A DNA stretch of 64,000 nt from an uncultured Verrucomicrobiota bacterium (GCA_903896505.1 CAITXU010000002.1:13500-77499); one strand, 5' to 3'; positions 8,503-18,747 are shown, numbered from the stretch's first letter. Translations and numbers: made by a program. Notes: generated from the sequence alone by a model not told the origin.

Positions 8503-10536
8503 TTATTCCTCGGCGGCGGTCAGCTTGGCCAGCACCGATAAATCCTCCAGGGTCGTGGTGTCGCCCTTGATTTCGCCACCACAGGCCACCTGTTTGAGGA
8601 GGCGGCGCATGATTTTTCCGGAACGGGTCTTGGGCAATCCGTCGGCGAACCGGATATCGTCGGGCTTGGCCACCGGGCCAATTTCTTTGCCTACATGGGC
8701 GCGTAATTCGTCCCGCAGACCCGGCGCGGCAATGATACCGGTTTTCAGGGTCACGAAACAGACAAGCGCCTGGCCTTTTAATGGGTCAGGGCGGCCCACC
8801 ACCGCTGCTTCGGCGACACTGGGATGGCTAACCAAGGCGCTTTCCACTTCGGCCGTCCCAATGCGATGGCCGGCGACGTTCAGGACGTCGTCAATGCGTC
8901 CGACGATCCAGAAATAGCCGTCCTTGTCCTGGCGGCAACCGTCGCCGGTGAAGTAAGCCCCTTTAACCTCGCTCCAGTAGGTTTCCTTGAAGCGCTTGGG
9001 ATCACCCCAAAGGCCTCGAAGCATCGAAGGCCAGGGCTGGCGAATAATCAACTTGCCACCACTTCCTTTGGGGACCGGATTTCCCTGATCGTCCACCACC
9101 TCCGGTCGAATTCCGAAGAAGGGCAGGGTAGCAGAACCTGGCTTTGTGGGCGTGGCGCCGGGAAGGGGCGAGATCATGATGGCCCCTGTTTCGGTCTGCC
9201 ACCAGGTGTCGACAATGGGGCAACGCTTTCCTCCCACCACCTGATGGTACCACATCCAGGCCTCCGGGTTGATCGGTTCCCCCACGGTTCCAAGAAGGCG
9301 CAGCGAACTGAGATCATGCTTTTTGGGCCATTCATCTCCCCACTTCATAAAGGCTCGAATGGCGGTGGGAGCGGTATAAAGAATAGTGACCCGGTACTTG
9401 GATATGATGCGCCAAAAGCGATCTGGTTCTGGAAAATTGGGTGCCCCCTCATAGATAAGACTGGTGGCACCGTTAGCCAGAGGTCCGTAGACCACATAGC
9501 TGTGACCGGTTACCCAACCGATATCAGCGGTACACCAATAGACATCGGGTTCCTGGATATCAAAGATGTACTGGTGGGTCAGTTTGGCTCCAAGAAGGTA
9601 TCCGGCAGTGGTGTGGAGAATGCCCTTGGGCTTTCCGGTCGAACCGCTGGTATAAAGAATGAACAGCGGCGATTCGGAGTCCATCTTGGCCGGTGGGCAA
9701 ACGTCGGTGACATACTCCAATTCGCGATGCCACCAGACATCCCGACCTTCGGTGACGTGAACCTCGTTGCCGGTCCGGCGAACGACCACGACCTTTTCGA
9801 TACTCTGGGCGAGCAGTTGGCCATCGGGTCCGAGGATGGTGAGGGCTTCATCCACATTTTTCTTCAGGGGAACGACACTGCCTCGCCGGTAGCCGCCATC
9901 GGCAGTGATCACCAGTTTCGCACCACAATCGGCAATTCGGTCGGCCACGGATTGGGCGCTGAATCCGCCAAAAACGACGCTGTGAATGGCCCCGATGCGG
10001 GTGCAGGCCAGCATGGCGATGGCGGCCTCGGGGATCATGGGCAGATAGAGGATGACGCGGTCTCCCTTTTTTACGCCATTCCGCTTGAGGACATTGGCAA
10101 ACCGACAGACTTCACGATGAAGCTGTTGGTAGGTCAGTACGCGTTCCTCGCCTGGGCGGCCATCGGACGCCGGCTCTCCCTCCCAAATGAGGGCTGCCTT
10201 GTTGGCCGTTGCAGTGCCCAGCCATTTGTCCAGGCAGTTGGCCGAGACATTGAGCTTTCCGCCGACGAACCATTTAGCGTCGGGAACCTTCCATTGGAGG
10301 ACCTTCTTGAACGGAGTGAACCATTGGAGTTGTTCGTTGGCGATTTTGCCCCAGAAAGCCTCCGGCTCATTCACGGAAGCGGACCAGAGTCTGCGGTACT
10401 GGGCCAAAGACTTGACCCGGGCAGCCAGGGAAAATTCCTTGGCGGGGGGAAATACCCGGGATTCCTGTGACAGGGAGGAGATATTGGCCGACGGCGCAGG
10501 AGACACGTTCATGGAGATGGAAGAGACGGAGTGCAT
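8503..10536 (-). CDS. acs: Acetyl-CoA synthetase (acetate--CoA ligase)
   Basis: '[17 protein letters not shown]', 'DTWWQTETG' and '[15 protein letters not shown]' are present. The length and full-length pattern match Acs. The start could be the second Met (MNVSP...). Confidence 0.97.
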   Translation of the reverse strand: MHSVSSISMNVSPAPSANISSLSQESRVFPPAKEFSLAARVKSLAQYRRLWSASVNEPEAFWGKIANEQLQWFTPFKKVLQWKVPDAKWFVGGKLNVSANCLDKWLGTATANKAALIWEGEPASDGRPGEERVLTYQQLHREVCRFANVLKRNGVKKGDRVILYLPMIPEAAIAMLACTRIGAIHSVVFGGFSAQSVADRIADCGAKLVITADGGYRRGSVVPLKKNVDEALTILGPDGQLLAQSIEKVVVVRRTGNEVHVTEGRDVWWHRELEYVTDVCPPAKMDSESPLFILYTSGSTGKPKGILHTTAGYLLGAKLTHQYIFDIQEPDVYWCTADIGWVTGHSYVVYGPLANGATSLIYEGAPNFPEPDRFWRIISKYRVTILYTAPTAIRAFMKWGDEWPKKHDLSSLRLLGTVGEPINPEAWMWYHQVVGGKRCPIVDTWWQTETGAIMISPLPGATPTKPGSATLPFFGIRPEVVDDQGNPVPKGSGGKLIIRQPWPSMLRGLWGDPKRFKETYWSEVKGAYFTGDGCRQDKDGYFWIVGRIDDVLNVAGHRIGTAEVESALVSHPSVAEAAVVGRPDPLKGQALVCFVTLKTGIIAAPGLRDELRAHVGKEIGPVAKPDDIRFADGLPKTRSGKIMRRLLKQVACGGEIKGDTTTLEDLSVLAKLTAAEE

Positions 10537-10664
10537 CTTTGCGAAGGGATCGGCCTCGCGTCAATCAATCGAGAGCCGTTGACGACGATGTCTTTGAATC
10601 GGGCTTGTTCCGACGACGCCGTCCGGCAAGCCTTTACCCCGTCTCAAACGAACCTCGTTAACCC

Positions 10665-11825
10665 ATGGATACCGTACGCCTCGGCCTGATTGGACTTGGA
10701 AATATTGGGCGGCATCATGCTGCTTACTTGCTGGATGGAAAGGTCCCCCGTTGCGAACTGAGAGCGGTGGCGGCATCTGCAGAAGCCCGTACGGCACCGT
10801 ATGTCGCCCGTGGGTTGACGGCTTTTCCCGACGGTCTTGCTTTGATCCGATCCGAAGCGGTGGATGCCGTCCTGATTGCCACTCCGCATCCGACCCATGT
10901 GGCATTGGGGGTGGCTGCGTTGGAGGCGGGCTTGCACGTGATGGTGGAGAAGCCATTGGCGGCTCACAAAGCGGACGCAGAACGATTGCTAGCTGCGGCT
11001 CGCCAGCGACCCCATCTTCAATTGGCCGGCATGTTCCAACTTCGGATCGAACCGCGCTATGCTCGCATCCGATCGCTCCTGCAATCGGGCGAACTGGGAA
11101 CCCTCCAGCGCGTGACCTGGATCAATACGGACTGGTTTCGAACCGAGGCTTACTATGCCAGCGGCGGGTGGCGGGCCACCTGGCAGGGTGAAGGGGGCGG
11201 GGTGTTGTTGAACCAATGCCTGCATAACCTGGACGTTCTCTGCTGGCTGATGGGGTCTCCTCGGCGGGTCCGTGGCTTTGTGCAGATGGGCCGGTGGCAT
11301 GATATCGAGGTGGAGGACGAGGCGACGGCGCACCTGGAATTTGCCGGAGGCGCTTCTGGGTTGTTTGTCGGAAGCACCGGTGAATCGCCTGGAACCAATC
11401 GGCTGGAATTGGTCGGAACCCGGGGGCGATTGGTGTTGGAAAACCAGCGCCTGAATCTGATTCGGAATGAATTCGATGCGTTGGAATGGTCAAAAACGAC
11501 CACGAGCGGGTTCACCCCACCCCCGGTTTGGAATTGCGAGCTTCCTTTCGAGAATCATCCCGCGCCGCACGCGGCCCTGATGCAGAATTTTGTCGCGGCA
11601 ATCCTGGATGGGACTGCCCTGATCGCCCCCGGAGAAGCCGGTCTCGCCTCGGTCGAATTGGCGAACGCCATCGTCTATTCGTCATTGACGGAGTCCACCG
11701 TGGACCTGCCGTGGGATGGTGTCGCCTGGGAAGCCAAACTGGCAGAATTAATATCTGGATCGACCCGACAGAAAGTTGTCAGGTCGATTGGGACAACCGA
11801 CTTTGCTGCATCCTTCCGACGCTAG
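10665..11825 (+). CDS. Gfo/Idh/MocA-family oxidoreductase (cytoplasmic)
   Basis: 'VRLGLIGLGNIGRHHAAYL' is a Rossmann motif, and the catalytic motif 'MVEKPLA' is present. Confidence 0.85.
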   Translation: MDTVRLGLIGLGNIGRHHAAYLLDGKVPRCELRAVAASAEARTAPYVARGLTAFPDGLALIRSEAVDAVLIATPHPTHVALGVAALEAGLHVMVEKPLAAHKADAERLLAAARQRPHLQLAGMFQLRIEPRYARIRSLLQSGELGTLQRVTWINTDWFRTEAYYASGGWRATWQGEGGGVLLNQCLHNLDVLCWLMGSPRRVRGFVQMGRWHDIEVEDEATAHLEFAGGASGLFVGSTGESPGTNRLELVGTRGRLVLENQRLNLIRNEFDALEWSKTTTSGFTPPPVWNCELPFENHPAPHAALMQNFVAAILDGTALIAPGEAGLASVELANAIVYSSLTESTVDLPWDGVAWEAKLAELISGSTRQKVVRSIGTTDFAASFRR

Positions 11826-11834
11826 CCTACGCGA

Positions 11835-13121
11835 TTAGCGCGAGGCATGCACCGGAGGGACCTCCACACACACCGCCTCCTTGGTGCTGCGGGCGTAGAT
11901 ACGACCACCGCTGACGACGGGTGTTCCCCAGCATTTACCGGACAAAACGGATGCCCGGGCCACTTCCTGATAGGCTTCCGGAGTCGCCTTCACCAACACC
12001 AGTTCACCGGCATCGCTCAAGATGAGCACGTGACCGTCGACGAGAATAACCTGGCCAGGTCCGAAACCCTTTTGCTCCCACTCCACCTTGCCGGTGGCCA
12101 CATCGACGCATTTGAGAGGGCCGTCGCCGTACTCCTTGAATTGGAAAAGGCCGTACAGTTTTCCATTGTGGAGAACCGGGGTGCTCCAATGGTTTGCCAG
12201 AGGCTTATTTCCCTTGAAACGATAAATCTCAGCGGCTGAAAAGGTGTCCCCATTTTTGGACACGCGGCACGCACCGGCACCCACATCGTAACCGGCCGAA
12301 CAATAGACGATGTCTCCCGCCACCACCGGCGAGGCGGCAGTAGAGACACGATAGGGGAAGGCGTAGCGCCAAAGTTCGGCTCCAGTCTTGGGATCGATGG
12401 AGAGCAATCCGGACTGTAGAAAAAACACCACTTGGTGCCGACCCAAAATCTCGGTTGGAGTTGGCGTCGCGTGAGTCATCTTCTCATCGAACGCCGACCA
12501 AGCGAGCTCACCATTGGACTTCTTGAACGCCAGCAATGATTTTCCCGGGCCGCCACCGGCGACCAGGACCAAGTCCCCGTCGACCAAGGGAGCGGCAGCA
12601 TTTTGCCATTGGATGTTCCGTCCACCGTATTCCTTGATGAGGTCGTGCTGCCAATCCAAGGAGCCGGTTTTGCCATCAAAGCTGCTCACAACCAGTTTGC
12701 CTGAGGTCACGTAAACATGGCCATTGCTAATGGTGGGAGAGGACCGGGGCCCGTCTCCGCCGCCATTGGTGGATGTGCCCGAGTCACCGCCACCGTCGTA
12801 TTTGACGGGGCCCAGCGTCTTAAACCAAAGCTCCTTGCCTGTGTCAGCATTCCGGGCGACCACAACCTCCTGGGATGCGCCGTCAATGTTCCGGAGTTCG
12901 AGGTTGGCGGCCAGTTCTCCGGACACGACGAGACAACTGAAACCAGCCTCACTGGGTACTTTCCAGAGGACCTTGGGGCCACCGGCTGGCCAGGTCTTGC
13001 TGATCTTTTCAGGGGATGAACCGTCGCCTTTCGGACCACGGACGAAGCTCCAATCGGCGGCAGCACAGGTTAAACCGAAGGTCAGGCAACCCAGGGCGGA
13101 GATGCGGATCAAAGAGTTCAT
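11835..13121 (-). CDS. Secreted PQQ-like / BamB-like beta-propeller repeat protein
   Basis: A signal peptide (MNSLIRISALGCLTFGLTCAAA) is followed by repeated ~40-aa blades with G-x-L/V-x-A-x-D...G-x-x-x-W patterns. Examples are 'GKELWF', 'GSLDWQ', 'GELAWS', 'GAELWR' and 'GKVEWE'. Confidence 0.7.
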   Translation of the reverse strand: MNSLIRISALGCLTFGLTCAAADWSFVRGPKGDGSSPEKISKTWPAGGPKVLWKVPSEAGFSCLVVSGELAANLELRNIDGASQEVVVARNADTGKELWFKTLGPVKYDGGGDSGTSTNGGGDGPRSSPTISNGHVYVTSGKLVVSSFDGKTGSLDWQHDLIKEYGGRNIQWQNAAAPLVDGDLVLVAGGGPGKSLLAFKKSNGELAWSAFDEKMTHATPTPTEILGRHQVVFFLQSGLLSIDPKTGAELWRYAFPYRVSTAASPVVAGDIVYCSAGYDVGAGACRVSKNGDTFSAAEIYRFKGNKPLANHWSTPVLHNGKLYGLFQFKEYGDGPLKCVDVATGKVEWEQKGFGPGQVILVDGHVLILSDAGELVLVKATPEAYQEVARASVLSGKCWGTPVVSGGRIYARSTKEAVCVEVPPVHASR

Positions 13122-13183
13122 TGGATGAGGATGAGGGGAGATTTGAGTGCAGCTGGCGGCTGGTCAACTGGGAACTGCGAAGT

Positions 13184-13978
13184 TCACGGAGTCTTGACAG
13201 GCGGAGCTACGGGAGCGTTGGTCGTGACCTCCACCTTGGCACTCCCATCGGTGCCCACCGTGGCGCTGAGGACAAGCCCTGGAGCCGCATTGGAACCCAC
13301 GGTTTTTGGGCGAACGCCTTCGTTGAGAACTTCGGCACCCTTCTTGTCGAAGCCGTAGAGACCTTTCCGGATGAAATCCAAGCGTCGGCTGATGCTGAGC
13401 TCATCCTTCAGCTTTTGGACCTGCTTTTTCAGAACAGCCAAGTCATTGAACTTCCTTTCCAGTTCGGCCTTTTCGGCCAGAAGCCGCTTGAGTTCCTTCT
13501 CGAGGAGTGCCCGGTCACCTTCGCTGGCAGCGAGCTTGGACTCGGTATCCTTGATCTGGTTATTGAGGCCGGAAATTTCGACGTTTAAGCCTTCCATCTT
13601 TTTCGAGAGCTCATCCTTCTCTCCAGAAAGTTCGCTGATTCGAGAGTTGCGCTTGGCGATCTCCGCCTCGGCCGCTGCAGCAGCATCTTTGGCCAATTGT
13701 TCGGTCTTCGCCAGTTGGAGAGTCGCTGAGGTCCATTTGTTGGAGTAGGAGCTGAGTTCGTCGGATTTGCGTGCCAAAGTTGTTTCGAGGTGGGTATTGA
13801 CCGACTTCAATTCGTTGACCTTGCCCTCGGTGCGGACCACCTCGTTTGATCGGTTGAGAAGCTCCTCGGTCAACTTCTGCCGCTCCTGCTTGGCTTCATC
13901 CATCGTCTTCCACAAAAAGCCCGCCAGACCGAGGGTAACGACCGTCAGCAGCAGGACTATCAAGGTTTTGGCGTTCAT
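13184..13978 (-). CDS. Hypothetical membrane-anchored coiled-coil protein
   Basis: An N-terminal TM helix (LIVLLLTVVTLGLAGFLW) is followed by ~170 aa of heptad-like E/K/L-rich sequence. No family recognised. Confidence 0.6.
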   Translation of the reverse strand: MNAKTLIVLLLTVVTLGLAGFLWKTMDEAKQERQKLTEELLNRSNEVVRTEGKVNELKSVNTHLETTLARKSDELSSYSNKWTSATLQLAKTEQLAKDAAAAAEAEIAKRNSRISELSGEKDELSKKMEGLNVEISGLNNQIKDTESKLAASEGDRALLEKELKRLLAEKAELERKFNDLAVLKKQVQKLKDELSISRRLDFIRKGLYGFDKKGAEVLNEGVRPKTVGSNAAPGLVLSATVGTDGSAKVEVTTNAPVAPPVKTP

Positions 13979-14148
13979 GCGTTTCGTAGGACCTTGAAAG
14001 GCTTGCGTCCACTTGGCAAGGTCGAGGCGTGGTTGGACTTAATATCCATGAGTCAATCCGAGGTTTGCGCGGCGGTCGTTGGGAGGTATTCGCACCCATA
14101 GAAGACCGACCCGCTTGCGGTCTGACTAACCGACGCTAGCCTGCATTC

Positions 14149-14826
14149 ATGGAATTTCCGGACCATGTGGGTGTGATGATTCTTGGGGAATGCATGTTGT
14201 TTCCCGAGGCCGTGCTCCCCTTGTTCATTTTTGAGCCGCGGTATCGCGCCATGCTGGCGGACTCGTTGGAGACCCACCGGTTGTTTGGTCTGGCCATGCA
14301 GAAGCCCGGTTCCAACCGGGAGTCACCCTGTGAAGTCGCCGGGATTGGACTCGTCCGGGCTTCCCAATTAAACGAAAACGGGACTTCCAATCTGGTCCTT
14401 CAAGGCATCGCTCGCATCCGACTTGGTAAAGTCGTCCAGCTTAAACCGTACCGTGCTCATGCGTTTGAGGTTATCGAATGTCCTCCTGCCGATCCCGAGA
14501 CAACCCCCCAACTCATCGACCGGTTGATGGACTTGGTCGACGCACGCCTTCACCACGGAGCCATTAAAATCCCGGTGGCCATGATGAATCTCATTTCCGG
14601 CCTCTGTCCGGGACGGGAGTCGTTGACGGTGGCCGACTGTCTCAATGCCCTCCGACAGGTGAATAATCCCAGTCGGCTGGCTGATTTGATCGCGTTGCTG
14701 CTTCTTCCGCAGGCGGTTCATCGACAGCTCATTTTGGAAACCGCCTCGGTTGAAGCCCGACTTTCCATCCTCATCCAGTGGATGACGGGCGAAGTCGCCC
14801 GACTTCAAAAAAAATCAGCCTCATGA
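14149..14826 (+). CDS. LON N-terminal (substrate-binding) domain-only protein
   Basis: 'LPLFIFEPRYRAML...THRLFGL' matches the Lon N-domain pattern. No AAA+ or protease domain is present. The stop overlaps the next start (ATGA at 14823-14826). Confidence 0.75.
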   Translation: MEFPDHVGVMILGECMLFPEAVLPLFIFEPRYRAMLADSLETHRLFGLAMQKPGSNRESPCEVAGIGLVRASQLNENGTSNLVLQGIARIRLGKVVQLKPYRAHAFEVIECPPADPETTPQLIDRLMDLVDARLHHGAIKIPVAMMNLISGLCPGRESLTVADCLNALRQVNNPSRLADLIALLLLPQAVHRQLILETASVEARLSILIQWMTGEVARLQKKSAS

Positions 14827-15644
14827 GCTGGGCCCTCGGCTGGCAAAAGTACAGTCGGGTGCTGGTCATCGGCATTCAGAATACCCTCGTTTATCGAGCC
14901 AACTTCCTATTTCGCGCATCCATTTCGTTGGTCCCATTGCTGGGAACCCTTCAGGTTTGGCGGACGATCTACGGAGGCAAAGCCGATGGAGGAACGATCG
15001 CCGGCTACACCCTGTCGGGTATGATCAGTTACTACCTGATCGTCAATGTGGTGGATGCCCTGACGGCTGTCACGGACGACGATTGGGAAATCGCGGCAGA
15101 CATTCGCGATGGAAAAATCAGCCAGTTTCTGTTGCGTCCCATTGATTACCTGACCTACCGGCTTTGCCTCTATTTGTCCGGTCGAGCCATTTACACCAGC
15201 GTGGCCGTGATTCCCGTCATCTTGTTCACTCTTTATCTTCGTCACGACTTTAGGTGGCCCACCCAACCCATCACTTTTTTGCTGTTTCCCTTGTCCGTTC
15301 TGATGGGAGGTTTGATTCAGTTCTTCATCGCCTATCTGATGGCCCTTTTGGCTTTTTGGTTTCTCGACGTCAGCACCCTCATCTTCATCCAGTTTGCGTT
15401 TGAATATATCGCCAGCGGCCATCTGTTTCCGCTCGATCTGCTCCCGGCGGGGCTTCAGATGGCCATTTTCCTGACTCCGTATCCCTACCTCACTTATTAT
15501 CCGGCGAAGGTGTTTTTGGAAGAGGACCATGGGCCCCTCGTCTTTGGTTTTGCAATTCAATTGGCCTGGCTTGTCATTGGCTACGTCGCCGCTCGATGGG
15601 CTTGGTCTCGGGGACTGCGCCGCTACACCTCCGTCGGAGGTTGA
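14823..15644 (+). CDS. ABC-2-family transporter permease (PF06182-like)
   Basis: Six predicted TM segments, 'LVYRANFLFR' near the N-terminus and a C-terminal 'RRYTSVGG'. I chose the ATG at 14823 (MSWALG...) rather than the track start at 14778. Confidence 0.7.
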   Translation: MSWALGWQKYSRVLVIGIQNTLVYRANFLFRASISLVPLLGTLQVWRTIYGGKADGGTIAGYTLSGMISYYLIVNVVDALTAVTDDDWEIAADIRDGKISQFLLRPIDYLTYRLCLYLSGRAIYTSVAVIPVILFTLYLRHDFRWPTQPITFLLFPLSVLMGGLIQFFIAYLMALLAFWFLDVSTLIFIQFAFEYIASGHLFPLDLLPAGLQMAIFLTPYPYLTYYPAKVFLEEDHGPLVFGFAIQLAWLVIGYVAARWAWSRGLRRYTSVGG

Positions 15645-16453
15645 TGACTATGGGGACACTTCAACGGTATGCAGCCATTTACGGCGCACTCTGGCGGAAC
15701 AGCGTGACCCGGGAAATGCAGTTCAAGTCCAACTTTCTGCTCTGGATTGTGGTGGAGCTGCTTTGGTTTGCCCTCCAGCTCGCCTTTATGCAAGTGCTGT
15801 ACGGCCAGACCGACAGCATCGGCGGATGGAGTCGTTGGCAGGTCATTCTTCTGGTCGGGGTGTCCAACTTCATCCAGCAATTGTTCACCGCCATTTTCCT
15901 GACCAACGTCAATGAGCTTTCAGAGCATGTGCGAACGGGAAAGCTGGACTTCATGCTGCTGCTACCGGTCAACACGCGTTTCCTGATTTCCTTCCGCAAA
16001 GTCGACCTGGGTTCGTTCATCAATGCGGCATTCGCCGCCGTCGTTATATTTTATGCGGCGCTCCAATTGGACCTGCATCCCTCCTTCCTTCAATTCATCG
16101 GATTTGCGGTGGTTTGTGTGGCTGGTATTTCGGTCCATTACTCGATCATGTTCCTCTTGGCGACCATCGCGTTTAGCACGGTGCGCGCCCAAGGTATTCT
16201 GACCGGCTACTACAATCTGTTCAACATCGCCCGTCTGCCCGAGGGCGCATTCCAACGGGGCTCGTTCAAAGCCATTTTTACCTTTGTCCTGCCCATGTTA
16301 CTGGTGGCTAATGTCCCGGCAAAAACGCTGCTGGGTTTTCCCTCACTGCCGTCCCAAGTGGGACTGCTGATGCTCATGAGCCTGATATGTTTTTCGGCCA
16401 GTGAACTGTTCTGGAGATGGTCCCTGCGGCGGTATACCAGCGCCAGCTCGTGA
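15644..16453 (+). CDS. ABC-2-family transporter permease (paralogue of the preceding gene)
   Basis: The protein is multi-TM and ends 'LRRYTSASS', as its neighbour does. The ATG at 15644 overlaps the upstream TGA (TGATG). Confidence 0.7.
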   Translation: MTMGTLQRYAAIYGALWRNSVTREMQFKSNFLLWIVVELLWFALQLAFMQVLYGQTDSIGGWSRWQVILLVGVSNFIQQLFTAIFLTNVNELSEHVRTGKLDFMLLLPVNTRFLISFRKVDLGSFINAAFAAVVIFYAALQLDLHPSFLQFIGFAVVCVAGISVHYSIMFLLATIAFSTVRAQGILTGYYNLFNIARLPEGAFQRGSFKAIFTFVLPMLLVANVPAKTLLGFPSLPSQVGLLMLMSLICFSASELFWRWSLRRYTSASS

Positions 16454-16517
16454 CCGAAAGTGTTTCAGGTGCGGATTCCCGGTTTCGTTTCCAGGAGACC
16501 GGGTCTAGAATCCTGAT

Positions 16518-17597
16518 GTGGTTCAAAACGTAATTCTGGACTGGTCAGGAACTCTCGTAGACGACCTGCCGGCGGTGTGGCAGGCCACCAATCATGTCTT
16601 TCGTCAGTCCGGCCTTCCCGAAATGTCACTTCAGCAGTTCCGTTCGGAGTTTTGTCTGCCGTTTTCGAATTTTTATTCCCGGTACCTTCCCGATAGGGAG
16701 TTGGCGGAACTGGAGGTTTTGTTCCATGCAGCGTTTGCCCACTCCCAGGATTCGGTGACCCCTCTGCCTCATGCACTGGAATTCCTCGAGTATTGTCGCG
16801 GGCGGGGGTGGCGTCTTTTTCTACTGAGCGCGGTCCATCCCCGAATGTTTTCCCGGCAGGCCGGTCCGCATGGGCTGGAGACCTTTTTTGAACGCGCCTA
16901 CCTTGGTGTGGCTGACAAACGCCACCAAATCCACACGGTGCTAACAGAAAACCGCCTGGATCCGGCGTCGACGGTTTTCATCGGGGATATGGAGCACGAC
17001 ATTGAAACCGCCCATCACGGCGGCATTCGTAGCGTGGCCGTTCTGACTGGCTACCAATCTCTCCATCAGCTTCGTTCGGCAGGTCCGGACCTCATTGTTG
17101 AACACTTGGGCGAGCTCCGGGCGGTTTTGGAACGGAATGAAGGTCATTTGCCCGTTGTTGCGGTACGCAAACGGTCCATAACTCTGGAGAAACGACCCGT
17201 GGCCACCGTGGGTGCGTTGATCCAGAACGACGTGGGTCAATGGCTTATGGTGCGAACCCACAAATGGTCGGATCTTTGGGGAATTCCCGGTGGGAAAATA
17301 GAGCCGGGCGAAACCAGCGAGGCCGCCCTGCGTCGCGAAATTCGCGAGGAAACAGGCCTGGAGGTCGATAAAATCCAGTTCGTGCTGGTCCAGGACGCCA
17401 TCAACCCTCCCGAATTCTATCGGGAAGCCCATTTCCTGCTCCTCAACTATACCTGCGAGGCTCGGACTCCGATTCGGGTTCAATTGAACGAGGAGGCGCA
17501 GGAGTATCGCTGGGTGAGTTCGGAGGAAGCCCGCGAGTTGCCGTTGAACACACCGACGCGCATCCTGCTCGACTCGGTGGTGCCGACGGTCAATTGA
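16518..17597 (+). CDS. Bifunctional-looking fusion: HAD-superfamily phosphatase (N) + Nudix hydrolase (C)
   Basis: HAD motif I 'ILDWSGTLVDD' (DWxGT variant) and motif IV 'FIGDMEHDIETA' are present. A complete Nudix box 'GGKIEPGETSEAALRREIREETGL' lies in the C-terminal ~145 aa. The start is GTG. Confidence 0.8.
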   Translation: MVQNVILDWSGTLVDDLPAVWQATNHVFRQSGLPEMSLQQFRSEFCLPFSNFYSRYLPDRELAELEVLFHAAFAHSQDSVTPLPHALEFLEYCRGRGWRLFLLSAVHPRMFSRQAGPHGLETFFERAYLGVADKRHQIHTVLTENRLDPASTVFIGDMEHDIETAHHGGIRSVAVLTGYQSLHQLRSAGPDLIVEHLGELRAVLERNEGHLPVVAVRKRSITLEKRPVATVGALIQNDVGQWLMVRTHKWSDLWGIPGGKIEPGETSEAALRREIREETGLEVDKIQFVLVQDAINPPEFYREAHFLLLNYTCEARTPIRVQLNEEAQEYRWVSSEEARELPLNTPTRILLDSVVPTVN

Positions 17598-17606
17598 TTG
17601 TTTTTC

Positions 17607-18026
17607 ATGGACACCATCACGATCTCAGACTTGGAGGTTTTTTATACGGTGGGTGTTCCCGATGCGGAACGCCTTCAGCCTCAGCGGCTGTTGTTAACCC
17701 TTTCCCTGGAATCCGACTTCACCGCCGCGGCAGCGGGCGACGATTTATCGGCTGCCATCGATTATTCGGCAGTCTGTCGACGGTTGCGCGACCTGGGTCA
17801 CTCCCGGTCATGGAAGCTGATTGAGCGGTTGGCTGTCGATCTGGCGCAACTCCTTCTGGAGGAATTCGGGCCAACCCGGGTGACGGTCGAGGTCCGAAAG
17901 TTCATCCTGACTGAGACCCGATATGTCTCAGCCCGTGTGACGCGGGAATGGAAGGAAATGGCCCAGGAGACCTCGCATCAGCGAATCACGCGACAGGTCG
18001 GCGGAGTGCCGGCGGGCTGGCGGTAG
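17607..18026 (+). CDS. folB: Dihydroneopterin aldolase
   Basis: 'ITISDLEVFYTVGVPDAERLQPQRLLLTLSLE' and 'DDLSAAIDYSAVCRRL' follow the FolB pattern. The ATG at 17607 lies 9 nt after the upstream stop; the track start at 17598 is TTG. Confidence 0.8.
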   Translation: MDTITISDLEVFYTVGVPDAERLQPQRLLLTLSLESDFTAAAAGDDLSAAIDYSAVCRRLRDLGHSRSWKLIERLAVDLAQLLLEEFGPTRVTVEVRKFILTETRYVSARVTREWKEMAQETSHQRITRQVGGVPAGWR

Positions 18027-18106
18027 ACCTCGGGGGCTCTTATAAGCTTTACTCGGAAGGTCTCAGGGATAACGTGATCTCCGTTCCACCTCAATCGTCC
18101 CGGTCC

Positions 18107-18403
18107 ATGCACTATATTGCCATCGCCCAGTTTCCCAAGGACGCCCGCGTCATGGGAGAGCTGGCTTCCCGCAGAAAAAACTACCGCTATCCGGCTGCCT
18201 TCACCAATGTGCAGGCGTACCTGGATGTGCATGGGGGGCGGTCTCTCGTTCATTTCGAGACCGACGATGCCACGGCCATCTTGCAGTATACGGCGGCATG
18301 GCCGGAGGTCACCTTTGACATTTTCCCGGTTGTTCCTTCCGACACCGGTTGGGGTGCCTATCTGCTCCGCAAGGGTGAACTGACGCCACCAGCACCGCGA
18401 TAG
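18107..18403 (+). CDS. Small conserved hypothetical protein (DUF3303-like)
   Basis: The sequence from Met54 of the track ORF, '[12 protein letters not shown]...[19 protein letters not shown]', resembles the DUF3303 pattern. This is from memory and unverified. Confidence 0.5.
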   Translation: MHYIAIAQFPKDARVMGELASRRKNYRYPAAFTNVQAYLDVHGGRSLVHFETDDATAILQYTAAWPEVTFDIFPVVPSDTGWGAYLLRKGELTPPAPR

Positions 18404-18747
18404 ACGCAGCACGAGGTGCAGGTCTCGGCGACCTTGATCTCCGAAAGCTGCGGGAGAACGGGTTTAAGGCGGTCCCAAACCCAGACGGCCAATTGTTCGC
18501 TGGTCGGATTTTCCAACCCTGGAATCTCGTTGAGATAGGAGTGGTCGAGTATCTGGACCAGCGGTCGCACTGCCGCCTTCAAGTCGGCAAAATCCATGAC
18601 CCAGCCGAAAACCGGGTCCAATGGGCCTTCGACGGCGACCTCGATGACAAAGCTGTGACCATGGAGGCGGGAGCATTTATGACCAGGGGGGACAGCGGGA
18701 AGCCGATGGGCGGCTTCAATTTGAAATGTTTTGCGGAGTTCGAACAC
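18358..18747 (-). CDS. queD: 6-carboxy-5,6,7,8-tetrahydropterin synthase (PTPS family)
   Basis: '[30 protein letters not shown]' and '[11 protein letters not shown]' are present, including the zinc and catalytic residues of QueD/PTPS. Confidence 0.85.
   Translation of the reverse strand: MFELRKTFQIEAAHRLPAVPPGHKCSRLHGHSFVIEVAVEGPLDPVFGWVMDFADLKAAVRPLVQILDHSYLNEIPGLENPTSEQLAVWVWDRLKPVLPQLSEIKVAETCTSCCVYRGAGGVSSPLRSR

Noticed and set aside
8824-10470. A 548-aa ORF on the plus strand, antisense to acs.
   Set aside because: The minus-strand frame has unmistakable acetyl-CoA synthetase motifs. The antisense product is low-complexity (G/R/P/A-rich) and typical of GC-rich shadow ORFs.
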